64,000 bases of DNA from assembly GCA_000091205.1 (NCBI GenBank), contig AP006497.2; one strand, 5' to 3'. This stretch comes from Cyanidioschyzon merolae. Lineage: Eukaryota. A model generated the notes under the pieces. The model worked only from the letters and a program-made list of their open reading frames with translations, did no database searches and was not told the DNA's origin. The position numbers were made by a program, and so were the translations under genes. Shown here in pieces: positions 55,986 through 64,000 of the stretch. Within the stretch, counting starts at the first letter, position 1, and every line of letters starts with the position of its first letter.

Positions 55986-57261
55986 TCAGATGAAAAAGGA
56001 ACAGTAAACAGTTCGTTCTGGTCTAGATGTTTGATTTTTTCGGATCTTATGAACGATGTACAGCATCGACACTCAATGACCAAAAGTAGCACTATTGGAT
56101 TCATATGCTGTTTACCGATGCTCGGTCGCCGTTTCGGGATGGCATCTTCGGCGTTTCGTAGCTGGAATCGTAATGGAACCTAAACCATGAGCATTTATAA
56201 CGCCCGCGAGCAACGGCTCCTAAAAATACCCGATATCGTTATCCAGTGTATACGGACTGGCCTCCACGCTTCTCTGCTCTGGATGTGCAGCGTGCCCAAA
56301 TCGTGCATTCTTCGAGCCTCTTCGGTTTCTGTTCCGAGGCTACGACTGGGCGCATCAATGCTGGCCACTGGATTCTTGGGGAACTGCGGTCGACGTTCTC
56401 CCTTGACGACTTGTTTGCATGGTCATCCCGAAAGTCCACGGAGATGCTCATGTCAAACGATCGATTCGGTTCGAAAGACATATCCTGCTCTCTTTGTGGC
56501 CACCGAAGACTCCCGTTTTTTGGACAGCACCGTGATACCTCACTCTCTCACGGAGGTATGCTCCAAGAGGCTCTCCTCTGTCTCCCATTCGCATGGACAG
56601 AGGTCTTCGACTCGGACTTGAGCTGTCGCAGTGAACGCTCCCAGTGCAGCGCTCATTGCCGGTCCGCACTGAGCGATCACAGACAGATCGACGAATCTCG
56701 ACTTCCTCTACATCCTTTACTTGCCGTACGCTACGTGTTTCATCGCGGGTAGCATCGCGCTCCACAAATCTTTTTTCAAATGAAGCAGTGTGCGTTTGCG
56801 TGTGCAACGCATAGAGCAAGTGCCGAGACGATCTCCCGGAAAAAGCACGTCATCGAAGTGCGTCGCACCGGCTGCTGAAGCCGTGCATGGCATCGAAAGA
56901 GGCGTCCTGTGTCCATCAATAGGGTCTGTCTAGCGACCGAACAAAAGGTCACGGGTTATAGGACGGCGCTCGGTCGGGAAGATGCGTTGGACATACCGAA
57001 GCACCTGACCACAGTCAAGCGTTATTGCCCGAAAAGGCGCACCAGGCCGTATACAAAGATGAAGAATAGAACGGGCGAGGCGTGGATCGCTGCTGCTGAC
57101 TCTACGTTACCTTTTGTCGATAACAGCCAGACGCAGCGAGCTTCAGAAGAGAAAGCTGCCGTCAACTTCATTCAACAGCTGAAAAAGGCCAACGATCGCA
57201 GAAGAGACCTGAATACGTAAAGCCGGAGAAAACAGACTGAGAAAGGAGCAGAACGGCAGAC
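55986..57261 (+). repeat. Repeat family R, copy 3 (~1.28 kb; the 5' end is ~15 bp shorter than copies 1 and 2)
   Basis: Colinear with 46790..48068. It diverges from copy 2 immediately after ...gagcagaacggcagac. Confidence 0.8.
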
Positions 57262-57714
57262 GAATCCATCAAAGGCTGGTGCTTATGATACTGAGAAGAG
57301 ACCCAGACGCTACAGTGTCCGCACGAGTTCGTAGACCCGTCCCTTTTTCCTGGCAGTGGTGTAGTACAGTACACGGACTCTGGATTTCACTCGTTCAAAC
57401 TAAGAGCTCGATACCCCCGGATTCTCGACCGCTCATGCTCCTGGATACGTCGGTAATGCTCCAGACTGATCTACGCTGTTTCACTTCAAGAGCCGCAGCA
57501 ACGAGAACAAGCTCAATAGCGATAAACAGTTGTCGCTCGACGACCTGACGCCCGCCGGTGACGCCCACCGTAGCGACGCGTGCCCACCGGCGACGGAGCC
57601 CTGCAGAGCTCTATATTCTTCCTCGTTGACCTCAAGTAAGCCTTGGAGCGCACTGCAGTCCGCTTCTTTATAGATTGATAGATCGAACGATACAGGTTAG
57701 CTAGAGCTAACGAT

Positions 57715-60700
57715 ATGGAGGTTGAACAGGCGGCAACAATGCCCCAAGTTGCCAATGGAGGGGATTTTCCTCGAGGTAGAGACGATGATCTGCCGGTTAC
57801 CGCAGCTGCCGCCGTCACCTCTGACAGGCGGACTCGACAAACCGGAACGAAACGGAGTAAAAGAGCGAGCACCAGCGTGATCCGCAAGCCACAAAAAATC
57901 AACTTGTCACCGTTGGTGCGCTCTGAGCGGGCAAAGGTTCCCGCGTGGCTACAGGTCGGCGACCTCCAGCCAGGGACACTGCTGCTGGGTTGCGTCGTCA
58001 CCGTTAGGCCCGAAAGAGCAGTTATTCTCTTGCCTTACGGCATCTGGGGCACTTGTCCACTTGCCGGCACAGAGGCGCTGGAACGGAGCGCCTCGGGAGC
58101 TCCGACTGCAAGCGTGGCGGTTGCTGCCACCTTGAAGCTCCAACCGCAAACAATCGTGCGAGCCTGCGTTCTCAGCCGGCCACTTGCGTCCCACGAACTA
58201 GAGCCGGAGCGCAGAGCAACACATCAGAGTGGTAAACGCGAACGAAGCATCCATCTGAGCGTGGATCCGCGTCACGTGAACCGCGGGTTAGGTCTGTCGG
58301 AGCGGCTCGCGGACTATGGTCCCATTCAGGTGCGACTGTCGCTCCCGTTAGATGACGCACAGAAGCGTTTCACTGTCGAGGCGCTGGCAGAGGACCCGTC
58401 GCAAGATCGGCGTCTTGCGTTGCAGGTCAGCGGAGCGGGTGCAACTGCTTCGAATGATACGGGAATGGTGTGTTGGGCGTCGCTCGCATCATGGAACGAG
58501 CAACGACGTACAGGCATCCTACAGAATGATCCGAAAATGGTCGCAGAAGCGTTCACACGAGGCCATTGGACGCTCGAGCAGCTGAGTCCCGGAATGCTTG
58601 TGGAGGCACAGGTTCTATCACGTGACGAGCGCTTCGCCATCGTGCGCTTCCTCCAAGTCTTTGAAGGCATCCTTGAATGGTTCCATTTGGATCAGTGGGA
58701 AGACTTTGCTCGACTCGAGCCGGACGCCATTCTTCGTGTCCGCCTGATTTACATCGATTGTAGGCGTCGTCGGATCATGGTGACCGCCCGTACTAGTCTC
58801 GTGAACACGCTGACTCTGCCGCTATTGGTGTCTGCTGCCCGCAGGTATCACCGCGGCTCTTTCGTTGAAAGTCTTCGTGTGTTCAAAATAGAAAACGGAC
58901 GCGGAATCTGGCTCCGCAAGGACAAGGAGGCGATTTACTTTTTCGCGGATCGCAAGATGCTCAGCGATGAGCGATTTTCTCGAATGGAAAGGCTGTTTCC
59001 GCTGGGCACAGTCGTACCCCGCGCCCGAGTCGTGAGTCACATGGCGATGGAAGGCATCGTGCGCGTGAGTCTGAAGCCGTCTCTTCTTGAACGAAAGTTT
59101 ATGGACGTTTCAGAGTTGGAGCCTGGTGCCTTGGTGCGCTGTCGGGTCCTCGGATGGATATCCGTGACCCCGGCGACAGCGACTCCTTCACTGCGCGTCT
59201 CCATTGAGGACTGCCTCTCCGGTGAAATTCCTCTGGAGCTGCTCACCGATGTACCGGTCCAGTGGCGGCGACTAGAGAAGAAGTTTCCACCGGGCTCGCA
59301 ACTGCGATGCCGGGTCTGGCTCGTCTACCCCAAGCGCAAACAAGTGCTTTTGACAGCTCGCCGATCGCTCGTGGACTCGGACCTGCCGATTCTCGCTGGC
59401 TGGGATACCATGCAGCAGGGCCAAGTATACGCTGGTATCCTGGGGCCGCGCGATCCTTCAGGCGCATACCGTGTGCTTTTCTATCAACGCTTCACAGGTA
59501 TTCTGCCAGCAAATCTAGGAACGGAAATGGCCTCGTTCAAGTCCGGCCAAGTTATTCGCGTCCGAGTGGAACGAATCCATTCAAGGAGGGCGAAGCAACT
59601 GCTGGTGAGTCTAGATAATAGTGCAGTCACTGCGACGCCGATGGCGGCAGCAGCAGCAGCAGCAGCATCAGAGCAGCAGAGCGATCAAGGCAGGTTACGT
59701 CCAGGCACCCTTGTGCGTATTCAGAGCGCCTTTCGCGACCAGGTAGGGCGCATCCTGGCTCTCGTGTACATCGACGAGCCCCGCGCGAAAGACGCTGGTG
59801 CGCAGTCTGCGAAGAGAACTTGGCTTGTGCTGCTTCCTCGCCAGCATCTCACCGATTATCCGATGTTCCAGAAATCTTGGGCCGCTGATGCCGGTCTAGC
59901 CGCACTCTGTGACGAAGTTGCGCTAGTGATCGATGCTGGTCACACTGGAGACAGCTCTCTGCCGCTCATCTCGCATCGCTGGTCGCTCTGTCGAGCAGCA
60001 GCTTGTGGACTGCTGGATGACGGGGCGGTGGAGCGATCTGCACCTGGTTCCATCGGAGTCGGGTATGTGGAGCGGATAGGTGCCGCTCAGGCCTACGCTG
60101 TAGTGCGTCTGGGGCTATCGTCGCGACGGGTTCACGTCCAGCGAGCCCTGCTTGCCGATCGCTTCGTGGATCAATCCACGAGCGTGCTTCTCGAAGGCCA
60201 GCTTGTTCTCTACTCCGTTCGAAATGGATCTCGGTATAGTTTGCGCTACAGCGACGTCCAGCCTGCGCTCGAAACAGAGCCGTATCGCGAATTCTTCCAA
60301 GAGATGCGCTCTCTGGTGCCGCTCGTTCGAGAACTAGCGCGACTGTGGCGAGCACATGAAGCATCCCAATCCCTGGGTCTGAGCTTGCCGCTACCCGGCA
60401 CGCTTGTTCGTGGTCGCGTGCTTTACAGTGGCGACGATAGAATGGATATGGAGGTTCAGCACGAGCAGGTCATCTATCGGGGAGTCGTTGGATCGTACCA
60501 TTTTGTGGACACACAGGCTGGCGAGCAGGCTCCAACTGCCAGCCGAGAAACATCCACAACTCGTGCCGCAGTGGGGCAACTCTGCACTGCTTTGGTGCTC
60601 TGGATGGATCCACTTGCCAAAACAATGGTATTATCACGCAAAGCGAGCCTGTTGAAAACAGCACCGTTGCCATGGAGCGACGCTCAATGCCTAACTGCGA

Positions 60701-63700
60701 CCGATAGCACTGTATCGTCGTCACTAGGCGGATGTACTCGAGTTCAAAAGGCGCAGGTCTTGGCTGTCTATGGCCAAGTTGCTGTACTTTTGGCCCAAGC
60801 TCGCCTCGCGTTCATGAGTACCCTCGATATCAATGGACGCGGAACAGAGCGGCCTGTCCATGTCGGACAGCAACTCACGGTAACTGCTAGAACGGCGAAC
60901 GCAACAGCACGACCGCCTCCTGCACCTGCTGCTTCGACTCCTGCTGCTGACGACGAGAATAACGGAGCCAAGAACGGTGACGACGCTGCAGAGTGGCCTG
61001 CCTGGATGCGCGCCATGTTGCGTGCCAGTGTGCGACCTGCTGCTCCTAGTACAGAGACTGCCGCTCAGAGCGCGGGCGTTCAGACGAAACGGCAAGTGCC
61101 ACAACCGCTATCCAGACCGCCTGTACGTATCGGTGACGTCGTTACGGACGCCGAGGTGACGGCTGTGCACTCGTTTCAGGTACATGTGCGCTGGTCCGAT
61201 GGCCAAACAGGTCGCGTGCACATTATCAACGTAGAGAACGAGGGCGCCTTTCGGGAGCTTCAGGTCGGCCAGTTGCTGCCGCCTGCTCGCATTGTCGCTC
61301 AGCGGCGGCCGCGGCAGTGGGAACTCTCGCTGCGTCAACGCGACCTCGAAGCCACCGATGTATTGTCGTTGGACTCGCTGCCTCAAACTGGCGACCTTGT
61401 CGAGCGAGCAGTGGTGAAGACCACCGACCTCAATGCACAGGGTGACGTTTTGGCTGTATGGCTCTACGTTCGACCGGGGCTCGTTGCCCGCCTCTCACGC
61501 CTGGAGGCTACACCGCGAGTGCTCGATGAAAGCTGGGTACCCGGACGCTTTGTGCAGGGTCTACGCGTTCTCCGCGCGGATGCTGATCGCAAACGATATG
61601 ACTTGACCACAACGGACCCGCTGCTTGCTGGCCAGTGCATCACTGGGGCACGAGTACGGTCGGTGCATCCAGTGGATGGTATCGTGCGGGTGCAGCTTCC
61701 GCGAGGGCAAATGGGGGTCCTTTTTATCGGCTGTCTGCCCTATGAAGACCCCAAGGATCCATTCCGAACGCTGCAAGGTATTCAAAAACTGGATGTTTAC
61801 CTCGTTGAAGATTGGATTCCTTCCAAGCAAGTGCCGGTTACCGCGATACCGGAGCGTCAACCGCTCCGCTGGGCGCAACTCCACCGCGGTGATGTCGTCG
61901 GTGCTTTTGTGCGGCACGTTGACCAGGCGGGGGTCTTTCTGAACCTTGCTCCAGGGCTAGTTGCCAGGTGCCTATTGCGCGATCTCGCAGAGGGCTTTGT
62001 GCCCGACCCTGTCCAGGTGTATCCAGTCGGTATGCACGTGCAAGCGATGATCACCGACTGCGGCGGCAGTGACGCACGCCACGTACGCGTCTCGTTGCGA
62101 GCAGCGCAACAACAACAACAGCAGCAGCAGCAACGGGCCGTTGCAGCGGAGCAGGCACCAACGTCAGCGGTTCACATCGGGGGCGTGTATTTGGGGCGCG
62201 TTCGTCGCGTCGTTCCGTTTGGTATCTTTGTGGAGCTGCTGACAGATCGTACAGACGAGGGCGATGCACAAGTGCTCGCTACGGCGCTCTGTCATCGAAG
62301 TGAGCTGGTAGAGCAGGGACCATGGCCTCTGCCCGAGGAGCTTCCACAAAGGTTTCGGGTCGGTCAGCACCTGCCGGTGTTGGTGGTAGCGAGAGACGCT
62401 GCTGGTCGCTTGTCACTATCAGCGAAGGCCTCTTTGATAAAGGAGGCGTTGGCTACGCAATGCGCCTCTGCGAAGTCCATCGATGAGGTGGACTTGGGTG
62501 CTGGTTTCACTCCAGCGCTCAAGGACGTCATCGTGTCCGCCACAGAGGACGAGAATGTCGCGCACGAACCGATCTCTAGAAGCGGTAACTGCGACTCGCC
62601 AGCATCTGCGGCTACCAAATACGCAGCTTCATCTTTGATGGGGAGCGAACGATCTCCTCAGCAGAGGGATGCGATGGCGTGTCTGGGATCGAACACAACA
62701 GCACTCGATCATCTCGAGGAGAATACGGAGACGGAGGAGATGGAGCACACTGCGCACCAACCGAATGGCGTCTATGCAGCTGTGAACGGTGCATCGGCGG
62801 GTACGCTTCCGTTCCTCGCGATACCAAGCGAGACAGAACTGGTACGCGAGGACGCGGACACACATGCATCCAAAGATTGGTCACGGTCTGTCGATGAAGC
62901 ATCTGGGGCTGCAAGAGCACCTCTCGACGATGAAGCGCTAGAACGTGGCGAACGTGCGCTCGTAGAATCGTTGCACAAGCCACAGACCGCAGCAGACTTT
63001 GAGCGCGCGCTACTGGGGCGCCCCAACGATCCCCAGCTCTGGATCGGCTACATGGCCTTGCATCTCGCTACCGGGAACGAGCTTGAGGCAAGAGGCATCG
63101 CAGAGAGAGCTCTGCAAACAATTCACTACCGCGAGTACCAGGCTCGCATGCGTGTGTGGATTGCGTACCTGAACCTGGAGCGTTCCGCAAACGCTGCCGC
63201 GGATCCACTCGAGAGCGACATCTTTCGCCGAGCGCTTCAGAACTGTGATAGCTTGCAGCTGCACCTGCGCTTGGCGCGTTCCCTAGAGGCAGCTCAGGAA
63301 GTCAAACTCGCTGGCCGAGTCTACGAACATGCATGCCGACGACACGGTCACCAGACGGCGTCTGTTTGGATAGCGTATGGCGCATTCTGTTTCCTTCGAA
63401 GCTCACAAGAGGTCCTGGGGCGCACGCTTCTAGAACGAGCGCTACGAGCACTGATGGACCCCGCTCAGCACGTTCAGTGCATCCTCAAGTTCGCTACGTT
63501 TGAGTTCAAGGGTTCCGGTGAACCTGAACGCGGGCGAACGCTATTGGAGAACCTGATTCAGGCGTTCCCCAAACGATTAGACTTTTGGAACGTGTACTTG
63601 GATATGGAGCTGATGCTTTTACGCCAAGAACGCGGCAAACTCGAACTCGTTCGCAGATTGTTTCGTCGATGCACAGCGCTTCCCAATCTTAGTCTGAAAC

Positions 63701-63831
63701 AGGCCAAACACTTCTTCAAGCGATACTTGGAAGTGGAACGAGCATTTGGCGACGCGTCTTCCGTCGAGCACGTGAAGCAGGCCGCGCGCGCCTACGTTGC
63801 CCAGCGCACGGGCGAGGCGCCGCAGCGCTAA
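57715..63831 (+). CDS. RRP5: rRNA biogenesis protein RRP5 (multiple S1 RNA-binding domains plus C-terminal HAT repeats), 2038 aa, intronless
   Basis: ATG at 57715. Repeated S1-like modules run through the body, for example GQVIRVRVERIHSRRAKQLLVSL and GGVYLGRVRRVVPFGIFVEL. The C-terminal HAT/TPR-like repeats read LWIGYMALHLATGNELEARGIAERALQTIHYREYQARMRVWIAYLNLE...FWNVYLDMEL. In-frame poly-Ala and poly-Gln tracts are present. Confidence 0.9.
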   Translation: MEVEQAATMPQVANGGDFPRGRDDDLPVTAAAAVTSDRRTRQTGTKRSKRASTSVIRKPQKINLSPLVRSERAKVPAWLQVGDLQPGTLLLGCVVTVRPERAVILLPYGIWGTCPLAGTEALERSASGAPTASVAVAATLKLQPQTIVRACVLSRPLASHELEPERRATHQSGKRERSIHLSVDPRHVNRGLGLSERLADYGPIQVRLSLPLDDAQKRFTVEALAEDPSQDRRLALQVSGAGATASNDTGMVCWASLASWNEQRRTGILQNDPKMVAEAFTRGHWTLEQLSPGMLVEAQVLSRDERFAIVRFLQVFEGILEWFHLDQWEDFARLEPDAILRVRLIYIDCRRRRIMVTARTSLVNTLTLPLLVSAARRYHRGSFVESLRVFKIENGRGIWLRKDKEAIYFFADRKMLSDERFSRMERLFPLGTVVPRARVVSHMAMEGIVRVSLKPSLLERKFMDVSELEPGALVRCRVLGWISVTPATATPSLRVSIEDCLSGEIPLELLTDVPVQWRRLEKKFPPGSQLRCRVWLVYPKRKQVLLTARRSLVDSDLPILAGWDTMQQGQVYAGILGPRDPSGAYRVLFYQRFTGILPANLGTEMASFKSGQVIRVRVERIHSRRAKQLLVSLDNSAVTATPMAAAAAAAASEQQSDQGRLRPGTLVRIQSAFRDQVGRILALVYIDEPRAKDAGAQSAKRTWLVLLPRQHLTDYPMFQKSWAADAGLAALCDEVALVIDAGHTGDSSLPLISHRWSLCRAAACGLLDDGAVERSAPGSIGVGYVERIGAAQAYAVVRLGLSSRRVHVQRALLADRFVDQSTSVLLEGQLVLYSVRNGSRYSLRYSDVQPALETEPYREFFQEMRSLVPLVRELARLWRAHEASQSLGLSLPLPGTLVRGRVLYSGDDRMDMEVQHEQVIYRGVVGSYHFVDTQAGEQAPTASRETSTTRAAVGQLCTALVLWMDPLAKTMVLSRKASLLKTAPLPWSDAQCLTATDSTVSSSLGGCTRVQKAQVLAVYGQVAVLLAQARLAFMSTLDINGRGTERPVHVGQQLTVTARTANATARPPPAPAASTPAADDENNGAKNGDDAAEWPAWMRAMLRASVRPAAPSTETAAQSAGVQTKRQVPQPLSRPPVRIGDVVTDAEVTAVHSFQVHVRWSDGQTGRVHIINVENEGAFRELQVGQLLPPARIVAQRRPRQWELSLRQRDLEATDVLSLDSLPQTGDLVERAVVKTTDLNAQGDVLAVWLYVRPGLVARLSRLEATPRVLDESWVPGRFVQGLRVLRADADRKRYDLTTTDPLLAGQCITGARVRSVHPVDGIVRVQLPRGQMGVLFIGCLPYEDPKDPFRTLQGIQKLDVYLVEDWIPSKQVPVTAIPERQPLRWAQLHRGDVVGAFVRHVDQAGVFLNLAPGLVARCLLRDLAEGFVPDPVQVYPVGMHVQAMITDCGGSDARHVRVSLRAAQQQQQQQQQRAVAAEQAPTSAVHIGGVYLGRVRRVVPFGIFVELLTDRTDEGDAQVLATALCHRSELVEQGPWPLPEELPQRFRVGQHLPVLVVARDAAGRLSLSAKASLIKEALATQCASAKSIDEVDLGAGFTPALKDVIVSATEDENVAHEPISRSGNCDSPASAATKYAASSLMGSERSPQQRDAMACLGSNTTALDHLEENTETEEMEHTAHQPNGVYAAVNGASAGTLPFLAIPSETELVREDADTHASKDWSRSVDEASGAARAPLDDEALERGERALVESLHKPQTAADFERALLGRPNDPQLWIGYMALHLATGNELEARGIAERALQTIHYREYQARMRVWIAYLNLERSANAAADPLESDIFRRALQNCDSLQLHLRLARSLEAAQEVKLAGRVYEHACRRHGHQTASVWIAYGAFCFLRSSQEVLGRTLLERALRALMDPAQHVQCILKFATFEFKGSGEPERGRTLLENLIQAFPKRLDFWNVYLDMELMLLRQERGKLELVRRLFRRCTALPNLSLKQAKHFFKRYLEVERAFGDASSVEHVKQAARAYVAQRTGEAPQR

Positions 63832-64000
63832 GCCACTCCGACGCGATGCACTTGCGAAAGACGCGCCCTTCTCTCGTTTCCATAAAGCATACTCACGAGG
63901 CATACAAGCCCAGCATCAAGGTTTGAGGAGCCTACAGCGAATTCATCGTGCTTTTCTCGCTCAAATACATCAAGCGTACTTGTTCTCGTTTTCATAGAGC

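Overview
This window is a GC-rich eukaryotic nuclear segment in which every recognisable gene is a single uninterrupted ORF on either strand. That suggests an intron-poor protist, possibly a stramenopile or oomycete, but this is inference only.

Housekeeping genes recognised from conserved motifs:
- GDP-mannose pyrophosphorylase alpha-like (GMPPA)
- MESH1/HDDC3-like HD-domain (p)ppGpp hydrolase
- RNase P/MRP subunit POP5
- a two-RRM SR-type splicing factor
- S-adenosylmethionine decarboxylase
- quinolinate phosphoribosyltransferase
- a ubinuclein/Hpc2-like protein
- UCH-L5/UCH37 deubiquitinase
- an ATAD1/Msp1-type AAA ATPase
- a ChaN/Tiki-like protein
- a 2038-aa Rrp5 (S1 repeats plus HAT repeats)

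The accessory content is richer than the gene content:
1. Two diverged copies, in inverted orientation, of a ~2.5 kb transposon encoding a Fanzor/TnpB-like RuvC nuclease. The motifs read are GADPG (RuvC-I), IPIDEFRTS (RuvC-II) and RDFNAAVNIRR (RuvC-III). Each copy also has an upstream K/R-rich ORF1. Both copies are pseudogenised, and they bracket ~17.4 kb of housekeeping genes.
2. A 5'-truncated non-LTR (LINE) retrotransposon pseudogene.
3. A young ~1.3 kb non-coding dispersed repeat in three copies.
4. An older ~0.75 kb repeat family in three copies.
5. A ~99%-identical 1.1 kb direct duplication flanking the ubinuclein–UCHL5–ATAD1 block.
6. An 82-bp minisatellite and a (GCAC)~23 microsatellite.
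7. A gene-poor, AT-richer first ~6.4 kb holding only a signal-peptide-bearing mucin-like ORF.

No rRNA or CRISPR array was recognised, and tRNAs could not be scanned reliably by eye.

Caveat on coordinates: the supplied ORF track uses alternative start codons (TTG/GTG), so I re-anchored gene starts to the first plausible ATG where I could check it.
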